DNA of 64,000 bases, taken from the NCBI RefSeq assembly GCF_009914755.1, contig NC_060935.1. The stretch is one strand, 5' to 3'. Position numbers and translations under genes: made by a program. The notes below the pieces were generated by a model. That model was given only the letters and a program-made list of their open reading frames with translations. It was not told the DNA's origin and made no database searches. Numbering within the stretch: position 1 is the stretch's first letter; the number at the start of each line of letters is the position of its first letter. This document shows positions 14,471-30,475 of the stretch, one piece after another. Origin of the DNA: the human T2T-CHM13v2.0 reference genome, Homo sapiens.

Positions 14471-15450
14471 TATCTCTCGTGGTTTTGGTTTGCATTTCCC
14501 TGATCATTAGTGATGCTGAACATTTTTTCATATGTTTGTTGGCCATTTGCATATTGTCTTTTGAGAATTGTCTATTCATGTCCTTAGTCCACTTTTTCAT
14601 GGGATTATTTGCTTTTTTCTTGCTAATTTGTTTGAGTTCATTGTAGATTCTGGATATTAGTCCTTTGTCAGATGCATAGATTGTGAAGATTTTCTCCCAC
14701 TCTGTGGGTTGTCTGTTTACTCTGCTGATGTTCCTTTAGCCGTGCAGAAGTTCTTTAGTTTAATGAATGAGTCCTAGCTATTTATCTTTGTTTTTATTGC
14801 ATTCGCTTTTGGGTTCTTGGTCATGAAATCCTTGCCTAAGCCAATGTTTAGAAGGGTTTTTCCAATGATATCTTTTAGAATTTTTATAGTTTCAGGTCCT
14901 AAATTTAAGTCCTTGATCCATCTTGAGTTGATTTTTGTATAAGGTGATAGATGGGGATCCAGTTTCATTCTGCTACATGTGGCTTGCCAATTATCCCAGC
15001 ACCATTTGTTGAATAGGGTGTCCTTTCTCCACTTTATGTTTTTGTTTGTTTTATTGAAGATCAGTGGGCTGTGTTTGGCTTTATTTCTGGGTTCTCTGTT
15101 CTGTTCAGTTGGTCTACGTGCCTATTTTTATACCAGTCCCATGCTGTTTGGTGACTATGGCGTTATAGTGTAGTTTGAAATCAGGTACTGTGATGCCTCC
15201 AGATTTGTCCTTTTTGCTTAGTCTTTTTTTTTGGCTATGTGGACTTTCTTTTGGTTCCATATGAATTTTAGGATTGTTTTTTCTAGTTCTGTGAAGAATG
15301 GCGGTGGTATTTTGATGGGAATTGCATTGAATTTGTAGATTGCTTTTGGCAGTATGGTCATTTTCACAATATTGATTCTACCCATCCATGATCATGGGAT
15401 GTATTTCCATTTGTTTATGTCATCTATGATTCCTTTCAGCAGTGTTTTTT
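14005..15450 (-). mobile_element. L1PB-like 3' fragment with internal deletion
   Basis: ORF2 remnants in ORFs 14301..14600 and 14774..14968 ([21 protein letters not shown]); L1PB-type 3'UTR. Confidence 0.9.
14391..14472. repeat. (TATATC)11 followed by (TA)n
   Basis: Direct read; source of the DIDIDI ORF. Confidence 0.92.
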
Positions 15451-18400
15451 AGTTTATTAAATGCTTTTTGTTTATTAAGTGCCTTCTATATGCAAGCACT
15501 GTGGTAGCTACTGGGACTACAAAAACTTAGGCTGGAGACTTATTTTTACAAAGATTTCATCCACACGCTATTTGTCACTGATAAATTGTTTCCATTTTGT
15601 CTTCCCCATGATTCTTTTCAGTTGAGGAACTTAAATGTTGTGATAAGCATTGTACGGGGAATATGGAAGTATAAAGCAATGGGTGTGATTTTTAATAGTT
15701 ACTCATAATAACTAGTCTGGTTGCTAGTTGCTAAGCATGTGTTATAGTCATGTCACATGTATGTGCCAACAAAAGACAACAAGCCAATACCTGCCAAAAG
15801 GAGGAATACTTAGCAAGTATGAGCATCTCAACACCATTTTTTCTTATATTGTATTAGTAACTACAAAAATATACTGTACTTTGATTATACATACCAGAGC
15901 AGTGAAAAATAATTGCCTGAGGCAGAATTCTCATGGGCAGTGTCAGATACTTGAAATTTGAACATACTCATAGAAAGCCAAATCCATTTTCAGTAACTCA
16001 TATATACTAGTTTAAGGAAATTCAAAGCATGTTTAACTCAATGTTTAACTTTGTTGTTATTAGCCAAGTTTTTTTCTCATATAAGATTCAGTTTAAGTGA
16101 GGTAAACTAATTATAAGTGGACCTGTGAGTGAGTCTGGAGCAAGACTCTCATGCACAAAATTGATGCATTTAAAACATGGCTAATAGGAATATATCTAAT
16201 AGTCCCAAGATCATTATAAGGGCTCTCAAAATGTTATTGTTGTTCTTAAACTCAGAGCTGATACAGATTTTAATAATATGTGGAACTATGACTTTATTTT
16301 TTAGCAAGCAAAGGTTTTTGATCAAAAATATCACTTTTAGTCTACAACGTATATATTTTATAATTTTTGCCTTTTGAAATGACCAACGTGTACTATTATT
16401 TTGATATATCTTTTCTGGTACATTTGGCCAAGTGCTTGAAAATAATAAGTGTTAAAAACAATGTACATGTGTTTCATAATATCTTGTGCTGAGTTAATGA
16501 TAAAATATGTTTGTTTTAATTTTATTTTCTAGAATTGTTAATACTAATTTCAGATTAGTCTTCTGATAATTTTAACTCCTCTGTCAGATAAACTGTGTAA
16601 GCCATTTACTTTAGATCCATTAGTATTTTCTCTTATAACCTCCTGCTTGTCTACACTTACATGTTTGTATACTCTTATGGTGTAAAACCCTGGCCTCTTC
16701 TGTCTCCATGAACATGCCATCCCTTGGCTCACAGTCTGCAGAAAACTAATGATAGAAAGCCAAGGTCCTGGCCTTAATCTGTGAGAATCAGTCATCCTGC
16801 TGTGCTTCATGGTCACAGACTTTATCCTTCATGCAGGATCTGAGCACAGATCAGCATATTCAGTGGTCATTACGGTGAGTCTCTGCTTAAAGACCAAATA
16901 GGGGAAAGTATGGATAAAACAGCACAAATCGAAGAGCACCATGAAGTAACTTTCAGTGTTTTAAATATAATGATGAAATAAAAATGAGATATCATTTTTA
17001 ATATCTTGACAAATTATAAAATGCTTCTCCCACCTCTTCATCCTTCCTCTTCTTCATTCTTCATTGACATTGGCATATATACTTGTTCCCATGAAATGAG
17101 TTAGTGGAGACAAATGCTAATTTATTAAACACTTGCATGCCATATTGATGGTAAGTGTCATTGGCAGAACTGGATATCTACTTACAATTTTTATACATAA
17201 GCTTTCTTTTGCAAACCTAATCCCATTTAAAAAGCACTAAGGGAGTTTGCTATTTAAAGCACTTCTTCATGGAGCCAAATAAGCATCCCTTCATTTATCT
17301 TTAATATGAATCTGAATTTTCCTGTACCTTTGTGATGTGTACTTCTAATAGAAAAACAAATCAAAACTCTCAACATGTGGAATCAATGGATCATGGAATT
17401 AATACCATCTGGAGGCTTAGCCAATTAGTTTTTGTTGTACTACATGCAGAAGCAATGTAGTTAACATTGCTTCTGATCACAGTTGACTAGTGACCATTCA
17501 GATAGAAAATGGCTTGACGGGAGCAGTGGGAGGTGAGTGATGTGCAGTGGCTAACCAGCAGGTAAGAAGAGGAAGTTAGGGCATGACTGGGCAAGACCTT
17601 GAGTGCTGTGCTCAACAGGCTAGAGAGCTACAGAAAGCCTTCAAGTAGATGTAAGGTGTGATCTGACCTATGTTTTAGAAAGGCAGTTCTATTGGCAGAG
17701 TGACACGGTAATAGGTATTTTATGATGCATGTGTTTTTCTTACTTATACTGAGAGAAAGGCATTCACCTTGACGAAATTTGTGTGACGCTCCCAGGTTTA
17801 GGACTCTTTGGTGCTGCTGTGATTTGCCCTATAATATATTTGGATGAATTGCACCTATTGTTCTTTAGTTGACTGTGTTACGTTGCCAGGGCCAGGGCCA
17901 CATTTTCAGTAGCAATGGCTGTTTGGAGCCCTGGGGTAACTTAAAAGAAGATGAAAATTGGTGCAGCTACAGAATCTCCAAAGGTTTTATTGTGGCTGGA
18001 CATCAGGGGAACTGGGGCATGGATGTCTGCAGCCTAATGCCACAATGAATTTCTCAGAAAAGGCCTGTATAAGGAAGAGAGCAACCTCTTCTCACCATCA
18101 ATGTTGGGCCAAGTTTTATCTCCTCACTAAACTACATGACAGGGAATAACTGGCTGAGAAGTGTTCCAGGAGAGATTGGTGAAATCAGCTTGGCCTTGTG
18201 ACTTTGGGCTTGTGCCCCCTACTTTGGAGATGTTTGCTGAGAAGGACCCCAGCATCTTATTGTAAGGCCTGTACTGTGCCATGAACACTGAATGACCTGG
18301 CTTTACATTCCTTCAGATCCACCTATTTATGTTCTGGATCAGTAGGTCAGATGATTGTAAAAATCACATAAGTTCCGTGTTTCAATAGAGGAATGACAGA

Positions 18401-19759
18401 AGTGAAATATCCTGAGACCAAAGAAATTGTAGGTCACCACCAGATAAAATGGTAGTGATGTGGCCAGAAAAATATTGGGGAAGAAATATTAATCAGAAAG
18501 TTTTGGCTATAGACCCATGATGTTTAATCATAAGCAGTTCTTCCAGGCCACTTAGTTCTCCAGTTTCATCCGATGGTTTTACTTTTTAATCTTATCCAGC
18601 ATTTTGAGTTTATTCCTTTCTTCCCTCTCAGTGGCTCACTTCAATGGGCTCTCCCTTTACAAGGGATGTTTCAAAGCCTTGTTGCCTGCTTTTCCAGTTT
18701 TACTCTTAAATCCTTCAGGAATAAATTTAGTCTTGCTCCTGTTCCCTGCCTGCATACAGTTAAGTGATATAGAAACTCTATATGTAGGTAACCAATATGG
18801 CAGGTAGATCAGTCTCAAACTGTAAGAGAAGTCCTACCAGACAGAGCTTTCTTCTGATTGCAGATGCTCTGTGACTAAAATCTAAGATACATCTTATTTC
18901 TCATCAAGAACAATGACCTTTATCCCAGAAACAGTGGAGTTTAGAGACAATTGAACCTCAAGACATTGAACCACACTTTTCTAAAAATAGTTCTAGTTTT
19001 ATACCTGGAGGGATTTCCATCCCAGAATACTGAGAGAGTTTGCAAATGAAATTATTGAACTGCTATTGATTGCTATTAGAGAAATCATGGAGAATGGGAG
19101 AAGTGCCGCGTCTCCAGAGGCAGACAAATGTAGGTTTCATTTCAAACAGGGTGTACACTGAGGTTCACATCAGTCCAAAGACAGATTCTAAAACAAATAT
19201 TGCTGTGCCGTTTGTTTCTGATTTGAGAGCACCTGTTTTAACAGCTACCAAATTTGGGGTTGCCTTGCTTTTCTGGGCCAGATTATTCTTTTTTATTCGC
19301 AATTTTCAGACTTCAAGAGACCCTAGACTCTTCACTCCTTTCCAGATAAGCACTGCCCAAACAGTATTACCTGAACTGCCTGTGGTGCCTATGGAAAGGT
19401 GGGAAAACCATTCCTTCAGGTGATACTGAATCCTAAAACTGCTGCTGCACTTAGTGAATGAGGTGGAAGCTAGACAATGGCCCTGCCTACAGCTGAATCT
19501 CTTAGGAAATGTCCAGGCCACCATTCTGACAAGTAGACAGGATGTTCTTACCTTCTTTATTACCTTTTTCTTAGAGCAGAGAAGGAAATGGATGGGTGTG
19601 CGGCCCAAAGTGAAATATATTAACAGCCTCCACATATTGCAAAATACTGTTCTGTTTTGTTGTTTGCTTTATTTGGGAATGGGGAAGAGCATCTCAAGCA
19701 GGGGGTTATATAGTAATTTCTTTTTACTTTTTTAAGTCAACTTGAGATTTAATATTTTT

Positions 19760-20370
19760 TTATTATACTTAAAGTTTTAGGGTACATGTGCACAACTTGC
19801 AGGTTTGTTACATATGTATACATGTGCCATGTTGGTGTGCTGCACCCATTAACTCGTCATTTACATTAGGTATATCTCCTAATGCTATCCCTCCCCACTT
19901 TCCCCACCCCACAACAGGCCCTGGGGTGTGATGTTCCCCTTCCTGTGTCCAAGTGTTGTCATTGTTCAATTCCCACCTGTGAGTGAGAACATGCGGTGTT
20001 TGGTTTTTTGGCCTTGCGATAGTTTGCTGAGAATGATGGTTTCCACCTTCATCCATGTCCCTACACAGGACATGAACTCATCCTTTTTATGGCTGCATAG
20101 TATTCCATGGCGTATATGTGCCACATTTTCTTAATCCAGTCTATCATTGTTGGACATTTGGGTTGGTTCCAAGTCTTTGCTATTGTGAATAGTGCCACAA
20201 TAAACATACGTGTGCATGTGTCTTTATAGCAGCATGATTTATACTCCTTTGGGTACATACCCAGTAATGAGATGGCTGGGTCAAATGGTATTTGTAGTTC
20301 TAGATCTCTGGGAAATCGCCACACTGACTTCCACAATGGTTGAACTAGTTTACAGTCCCACCAACCGTGT
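19760..20370 (-). mobile_element. 5'-truncated L1PA (PA3-PA5-like), ~610 bp
   Basis: ORF2 C-terminal remnant (WKSVWRF...DTCTRMFIVALFTIAKTWNQPKCP) and L1PA 3'UTR. Confidence 0.93.
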
Positions 20371-20675
20371 GGAAGAGCATCTCAAGCAGGGGATTATATA
20401 TTAATTTCTTTTTACTCTTTTTAAGTCAATTTGAAATTTAATATTTTTATATTAATTTAATTTTTTACTTTTTTTGGGGGGGTCAGTATAAGACTTAAAG
20501 CAGGGGCTTATAATTTAGTTCTTCCTTCATCAGACATTCAACCAAGGTGGGGGCTTGAAACCATTTCTTATTAAGGGTGGGTGTGGGTAGGGCACCTTTC
20601 TGAACCCTCCAGAGTGTCATGCGCCCACTGCATGTCTTCCCTTCACTGAGCATTTCATTTTTAGACTCTTTCTTT

Positions 20676-21041
<366 letters not shown>

Positions 21042-21370
21042 TAAGCACCATGAGGGTTGGTATCATGTCCTTTTCCTTTCCTGCTGAATCCTACCTGGGC
21101 CTCGCATACGTAAGGTGCACAACACATTTTTTTTTTATTCTAAGAAATAATAATAAATGAATGATTTTTTAAAAACAGAAAATTCTGAACTGAAAAAACT
21201 GAACTGAAATTTTAGTTCAAGTTCTTTGGGAATAAGGGTCACACTGATTGTGTGTGGCCCTAGAAGGTTGAACTTGAATCAATCGCTATTTATACTGAAG
21301 TAAATTGTGAGAATGTCCTAATCTTTGAATCTGCCAGAAGTGGAAGAGGCGGAAGGTGAGTATCCTGGGT

Positions 21371-21688
21371 CAGAGGTTGTAAACTGTTGGTCTGTGGGCC
21401 AGAGGTGGCTGACGAACACATTTTGATTGGCTCAGTTTTCAAAGTTAGGAAATTTTACACCGAGATTTCTAACTTCTCTTGGGAAAAATCTGAAAATTGG
21501 GTAACACAGACCTGAATTACTACATGGCAGCAAGTGACTAGAGCTGAGTAGCTTCCGGATATATGCAGTAAGTTAGGCCTGCAGCTCTCTAGATTGCCAC
21601 AGTCCCCACCAGTCCCTATTGTTTGACTTCTCTCACTCATTTACATTACCTCTCTGACCTTTCAGGCACTTGAGTTTGGGTTCTTCTG
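21371..21688. mobile_element. MER102-like hAT DNA transposon fossil
   Basis: agatttctaacttctcttgg...tgccacagtccccacc...ttgagtttg motifs. Confidence 0.6.
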
Positions 21689-21782
21689 TTCCAGGTGACT
21701 CCAAGTGTTCAATGTACTCAAACAGAATAACTGCTTGGAGAAATTGAAGGACTAGAATGACATCGACTAAATTAATCTCTTC

Positions 21783-22672
<890 letters not shown>

Positions 22673-23444
22673 TTATACCACAGTGTATTCATTGTATGTC
22701 ACTTAGCCAGAAGTGTCTTATGCGATGCCCTGCCCATGGAGTAGATGATAAAAGTTTAGATGAATGGACAGATGGGTGAAAAGCACGGAAACATTTGTTT
22801 TTCTCACCTGGATTTGCCTCTGGCATGTGACACAATGCCAGTAGGGGGAGCCCTCTATTAATTTGAAAATCCATGAGAACAGTCTCCGTTCAGCAGTCTA
22901 ATTGTATTTAATTTAGGAATTATGTTAAGAATGCATCCGGGCACCCTGCTTCAAGAATTTAACAACATTAGGAATATGATAAATTATGGGAAGGAGAGTA
23001 AAACCCTCACCACTAATCCCCATCCATGGCTTTTCTAGATGAAGGCATTCCAAGTTAATAGCTAGTCTTTTAATTCATTTTGAAATTAGTTATCATTATG
23101 CTCCTAAAAAATTCCAAATTATTGGATACATTTAGTCCTTAGAGTGTCATAGTAATGGCCTGCTTCAGGCATAACTACAAAATGATGGTTTTGCCAAACG
23201 GCATGATAACCACTCTGCATTGTTTTCTTCTTCCAAAAATGAGAGAGTAGTTATAGATTGGTACTGATGTTGCTTTTCACCTCCAAATGAAGCTAGGTTA
23301 TAGGATAAATGCCTTATATACGAGTGAAAATGAAAAATCTCTGACAACTTTAGAAATTATTTTCTCCTCCCCAAACCTGTCACTTTTGAGAAGTTAGCTT
23401 ATTTTGGAAAAATTTAGGTATTGGAAACTCTTAGCATACTATAG

Positions 23445-23798
<354 letters not shown>

Positions 23799-25526
23799 GG
23801 TATATGCATTCTTTTTTAAAATTTTGTTTAGAGTTTATGAATTATGGCTTTGGAATCATTATTAATTGGCATGGAGCTCTTTGTTCTGAAAAGTTCTTTT
23901 TCTTTTGATAAATTAATGTAGATCAAACCAAATTTATTACAAAAGGAAAAATTTTATTTTGAATGATATAGGATTGAATTTAAGGTTAAGTAATATGGAG
24001 CTGGGAAAATGGCAAGGCAGGGCTCTTAACTTTCACAAAAACTTAACATTAATAAAAAGGGAAATCAAATAATACTTGGAGATCTCAAAGCACTCTTAGA
24101 AACTTTGTCTAATTAAGCTTTCCACCCACTGTGCAATAAATATTCTATTAGCTATACAGGTGAGATTCTAAGAATTTCTAATTAAGTTGTGTTCTTTTTT
24201 ACCGCGGTGCTCAAATTACACAGTTTGCCAAAGGAAATGTGTGCTGTGTCATTGTAGCATGATTTTCAATGGAGTTACCATCTAATTTCTCCAAACCAGG
24301 CATTGTGTAACACTGTTGTCACTTTCTGTAATTATTTTCACTGTTACACTGTGATTTTGAAAAATTATTGTTAATGATTACAGTTGAAAACTTGTTTAAG
24401 GTATTTGCATCTAAGAAATTGTTTACTTCCAAATTGTGTGGGTACGTTTTTAGTTACTTGGATTCAGATCCTATTTATGGTAAGCAGGTTTCTTTGGGGT
24501 AGAGGGAGGGCAGATGTGGACAAAGTGGCTATTTGTGGTATCCTAATTCTGGGTATGAATATCCTGGATTCCAGGGGCTTTGCCTGGATTCTAGGGTGAG
24601 TTGTTATACTTTATTCTCTCCATGTGTATTATGATAATACAGGTGATTAAAGCATCTTGAATTTTAATGTAATCTTTTAATTTGAGCTTTTGATTGTCTT
24701 TTTGAACATTATGCAATCATGTTTTCTTTGTACTGTTCTCTCTAAAAAATGACCAAATGCCAAAGATTACATGATATGAGAATAATTTGCTTATATTGTA
24801 TCATTTTTCATACTAAATTAATGAGTGGGAAAATCTACATTGGCTCCTGGGTATAAAATAAAGTTCCTTCTACAAACTGTTGATTACTGACGCTACAGGA
24901 GTAAAACAGAAAAAGTTTTATTCATATTAGGTTTCTTTTAGAAATAAGATTGTGGAGGCTTTTCTAATTGTAAAAACAATGCAAGATTGTTGCCAAAAGT
25001 ATGAGAAATATATACAAACACTAAGAAGAAATTAAGTCACTTTTAGTCGTAACTGCAGATGGTTACATTTTAATATAACATTTTCAAGGATTTTCTAGGC
25101 CAGCCAATGCATTTTTGCTGAATAATCTAATCATCTAAATAATCTTAATCTAATAGTACTGATTTTGATTTTGTATAAGCGAAATAAGCCTCTTATTTAT
25201 TTCCCAGCCAGAATATACATTGCTATACCAGTAAATACTAGTAAATATTTTACTCTTGACATTGAATCAAATTCTAAATTTAGCTGTCATCAAGACATTC
25301 ATTTTTCCTCATATATTTGTATACTTTTTGGCTAGCTTGCATATAAAGTGATAACAATACCTTAAGTGTGATATAACATATATATTAAACTATCCCCTTT
25401 AGATTCTAGGCATCTAGGATTTTCTTGTGGTGAGGATTAATGATACTGTCACTGAAAATATATATGTATATAAAGAGGAAACACTTTCCCTGCAAGGACA
25501 AGGATTTCACACTCTCACTGTTGTAG

Positions 25527-25857
<331 letters not shown>

Positions 25858-28392
25858 ACTTTTGTCTACTTCTTAGGAAAGAATTAAAATTGTTCGCTAT
25901 ACACTTTTGGAAACAGTCCCAATGGGGAAGAAAATGGGTCTGGAAATCATGTTTACTACTACTTGTCTAATATTCTTAACCACTGAACTTGCAAGTTATG
26001 GTAACCTTTTTTTAGAAGTGTGTTAAGAGGAACAAAAATTTTTCTGGTGCAGCAATTATCACCTGCAGATGGCCTAATATTAGCATTGAGTTAACTCCAG
26101 AAACAGCCTGTGAGCTGTGAAATGGAGTTCAGATAGATAGTGACAATTCACAGAAATGCCTGGTATATTCATATAAATAACCAAATATCAAGATACCAGC
26201 TGATGCTTACAGATAACTCTACTAATAACTTAGCTAAAAATCCTATAAAAATTTGGTGTTAAAGAAAATTTAATTTGATCTGAATATAACGAAGCCTCTT
26301 AACTAATGCGTAGAATATTAACGATTTGTATATACATACTCATATAAAGAAGGCTTGAAATTCAATTTATTGTGACTTATAATCTGATTAGAAGGAAAGA
26401 TAATTTCATTATAGATGAAGGCATTAATCAATTTGATAAAAGCATGCAGATTTCAGGTTAAGTTTTCTCAGGCTTTTCATTGTTATTATTTGACAGATTA
26501 AAAAAAGATGTTACATTTTATGACAAGGACAGAGAATTTAGAGTCAGAATGTAAAAGGAGGAGCTCATGAGCTATGAGAAAGAAATTAACTTTTGCAGGG
26601 GAGAACTTGTGTCTTTGCTGATGAATCCTCTAGTCGTTGAGCATTCAGCAAATATTTCTGGCCTTTAATAGCCAGGCATTGAAATCAGTGTTTATGTCAA
26701 GTTATTAAAACTTCTTGAGTTTTAATTCATATATATAAAGAATATATTTTGAACATGTCCCTACATAAAAGGCCTCTTGATGAAGGAAACATTTAATGTT
26801 TAGCATGCCATGATATAATTTTGTAAGTATGGTTTTATGTTATGGGGTTTTGTTTTGTCTCATGATTTTCTAGATAATTTTTGCCATTCAGAAAGCAGAC
26901 ATTTAATATATACATGACATGCATATGGTATAAGGGAAAAAATAGCTCCTGATATTCCCCCATCTCCCTGCCCCCAATATTCCAACTGGAAATAGAAGAG
27001 GGACTGTTTAAGAGAGCCAAACAGGCAGTGGCTACCCCTTCTGGACTCCACTTAGCTGCTTTATAGTTAACAGATCTCATTTCCTTAATACAAATGCGCA
27101 CGCACACACACAGACACACATACACCTGGGTAAAGACATTTTTATTACCAGTCTCCTTCCTTATTCTGTTTCTGGTGATCTCAGAACTTTGGAGAACTGA
27201 ATTATAGCTTCCCTTCACAAAATGCTGGGGGAACTCTTTATAATACTTTAGCTAAGCATTATGGTCCCTGATGAAATGTGCTAAATAAAAAAAAAAAAGT
27301 TTTCAAATACTGTTAGGGTTTTGTATAATCTATCCTTTACAATAAAATACCCACCACTGTTAATATGCCTGATGTACATCTGTACTACCATACAAAGCTG
27401 TTCATAATACATCTGGATTGGATGTTCACATAGCAGAATTTACCTTGTTAAATCTGGCTGGCATTTTATTTCTTCAGAATATTTCTAGGAAAACAAAATT
27501 CCCTTCTCATCAGAATGCTGTCTACTTTAATTAATATGAAGTATTATTCAAGATAGAAACAACAAAATTTCTATGCTTAGCATGCATTGAAACCTTATTA
27601 TTACAAAACAGCATCTGTTTCTTAGAGAATTGATGATATCCAGGAGTCAGAAATTCACGTTACAGCCTCGGTATTTAACTGTGAGGTGATTTTGACTAAA
27701 CCATTGGACTTCTGAACTTTTCTTGGTTAATAATATATCAAAACAGAGTTTAAAAATAGCCCCTCTCATTATATGTATTTAGTCAACAATTATGGAGTCC
27801 TTAAAAAATGCAGATGTCACCTTTTCATGTTGGTTACTAGAGATCACATCTTAACTCTCTTTAAGGATGAGTTTTACTTACAGCTAACTAGACCAACAAG
27901 AGAAATGAATGTGAAGTTACACTTACTCTTTGCCAACCTACCACTTTATCGTATTCTTTTAAAGACTTTTTTTGGCTGGAAAAGTTTATGTGAGCTCTTG
28001 AGGTTAGAAAGCTTAAGTCATCTTGGTAGGCAGGATATTTCTTCTGATAACATATATTCTTTTCTGAGAATGCATTTTGGGAAATGTAGATTTTCACTGT
28101 AAATCCTTCATTGTTTGAAGAACTCTGTGCCAGTATTACATTTCAGGCAAGACTAATTTTAGCCAGGTTCATTAAAGTATTCCCTGTGTTCTCTCCAGTA
28201 ATTTCAGCTGGTTCCTTTTTATGCCCTCTTGACACAGTCACATTCTACAGTGTACAGAAAATAACCTGCTGTCTGTAGAAGTGGTGAATGGTTTCATGAT
28301 TCCCTTCTTTTTAGTGTGGGTGAGTTTTCTTCACTCTTTTTCTGTTGCCTGCATCCTTGGCCATCATGAATGTTTTGCTTTCTCTCTTGCAG

Positions 28393-28427
28393 ATGACACA
28401 ATTGGTACTGCCTGGCATGGTGGAAAG
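28393..28427 (+). CDS. HSD17B12: HSD17B12 coding exon (probably exon 7), MTQLVLPGMVE(R)
   Basis: tctctcttgcag| acceptor, AG|gtgagt donor; 35 nt. Confidence 0.96.
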
Positions 28428-28428
28428 G

Positions 28429-28757
28429 TGAGTCACAAGCTCACATACAAACACTGTGGAAGCAGAGCTCATGATTATTTAGAGGGAGAATCCTTGCTTT
28501 GAAAAAATCACTGAAGTGACTAATGAACCAAGCCTCCATGTCTTAGCCACAGAGTGATGTACCAGGCGAGTCACAGTAGAGCATGAGTCATCGGTGGTGG
28601 AGGCCTTTTCCACTCGATTCCCTTTTTATTTCTCTCTCTAGGGTTGTAGTGGTTCCTTTAGATCAGGATGAAAAAGCCTGCCTGAGTCACCATCACTAAC
28701 TCAATTGCCTACTATTCTGAGGGGGCGGATAGAGTTCCTGGGATATTCCCGGGAATA
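28429..28757. promoter_or_regulatory. Candidate intronic enhancer (AP-1 cluster, GC box, kB-like and STAT-like sites)
   Basis: TGAGTCA at 28429, 28584 and 28683; GGGGCGG at 28722; GGGATATTCC at 28740; TTCCCGGGAA at 28746. Confidence 0.45.
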
Positions 28758-30164
28758 CCTTCTTAAAGCTGTATTCTCTCAAAGCCAAAATCAGTGGAGT
28801 TGGATGAAGCAAGACCTCTTCCTCTGGTTTTTCACTTTTTACTGGGAGAATGGCTGTTATATAAAGTGATTATAAGATGTCAAACCAACCCTTGGAGGAA
28901 AAGGCAATGTCCACTCGCCCCATCTTTGTTCCAGTTTGAATTGGTTCTGCTAGTACATGCCGAATGTCTTCATTTTGATTGAGAAATATGTTGTAGATTT
29001 CTGTTATCTGAAATAGCATGAAGTGTAGAATTGTAATTAAGCTGTTTCTTCCTTGGAAAAATCTGAATGATGTCTAGGCCTTCAAAGAAAAGCTGCTAAA
29101 AAGATTTGGGCTTGCATCCTGAGCTAGCTCGATCATTTGCTGAATTTAGGGCATCGTAGTCATCTTTTTTTCTGCAAAATAACTATGAGTTTGGAAGAGA
29201 CCCAGAGGAATCACAGCTTTGAAAAGGGAAGACCCAAGGACCCTACTTCTGTTAGGAAACCTCTATGACCTACTCCAGGCAGGGATTACAGCTTATGTTT
29301 ATTGAGTATATAGTAAGTGCCAGGAACTTAGTAAGTGTTAACTCATTTAACTTTGATAGCCTCCCACCATTGTACAGATGAGGAAACTGAGGTTAGGAAT
29401 CCATTTGTTGAGCATCTACAGGGACTAGTTAAGAAACAGTTTCTCAGCAAAGCTCCTTGTAATCCCATTTTATATACACTATTTTGTGTATTTTAATTGT
29501 TTTATTTTAGTAACACTTCCCTTTAAAATCTTCAAACTGCCTATTGTTAGGTGCCAGTGGGAGTGGACCCCTGATGGTCAGATATATAAATGGCAGTGGT
29601 TAGACCAGACCAGAACCCTAGAAGATGGTAGAGTTGGGGCAAAGTAGAACCCAGGAGGGATTAAATTTGGGCCATCACCTTAATCCTAGTTTTGACATCT
29701 GCAGGTAACATGGTATTGGTTCAGAATAGTAAATCTATCCATTAAAAAAGAAACACTTATAAACCACAGAGGTATTGTAAAAGGAATTTTTAATTATGTT
29801 GATGAAAACCATATCAAAAGAGATAATGGTTGCAAAATCATTTTACAGCATAAAGTCTTAGAGTCAAAGAGTCACAGAAATCCAGTGCATTAAATTAATT
29901 GACAGTAACTTCCCTCCTTTGACAGATGAAAAAATAGAGGCCCAAAGAGATGGAGTGCTATGAAGCTATACAGTTAGTAAATAATACAAAACCAAGAAGC
30001 TGGGAACTTCACTGCTATCTCTGTAGACCTGACAGCCATGATCACAGCTGGAGCATTACATAAAGGCAATGCAAAAAAGGAGAGTCCATCCATTCAATAG
30101 GCATTCATTTAGTCAAGCGTCTCAAGGATGAGTTGGATCCTTGCCTTTTAAGAAATCAAGTTGA

Positions 30165-30475
30165 AGCTGGGCGCAGTGGTTCACGCCTATAATCCCAGCA
30201 CTTTGGGAGGCTGAGGTGGGTGAATCACTTGAGGCCAGGAATTCAAGACCAGCCTGGTCAACATGGCAAGACCTCATCTCTACTAAAAGTACAAAAACAT
30301 TAGCTGGGCGTGGTGGCACACAGCTATAATCCCAGCTACTCAGGTGGCTTAGGCACAAGAATCACTTGAACCCTGGGAGGCATTGGTCGCAGTGAGCCAA
30401 GATAGTGCCACTGCACTCCAGCCTGGGCAACAGAGCGAGACCCTGTCTCAAAAAAAAAAAAAAAAAAAAAAAGGA
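30165..30475 (+). mobile_element. Alu (J/S-like)
   Basis: Full dimer, long A tail, TSD core atcaagttga. Confidence 0.9.

Noticed and set aside
14301-14968. ORFs with L1 ORF2-like peptide and a DI repeat
   Set aside because: Broken L1PB remnants plus translation of a microsatellite.
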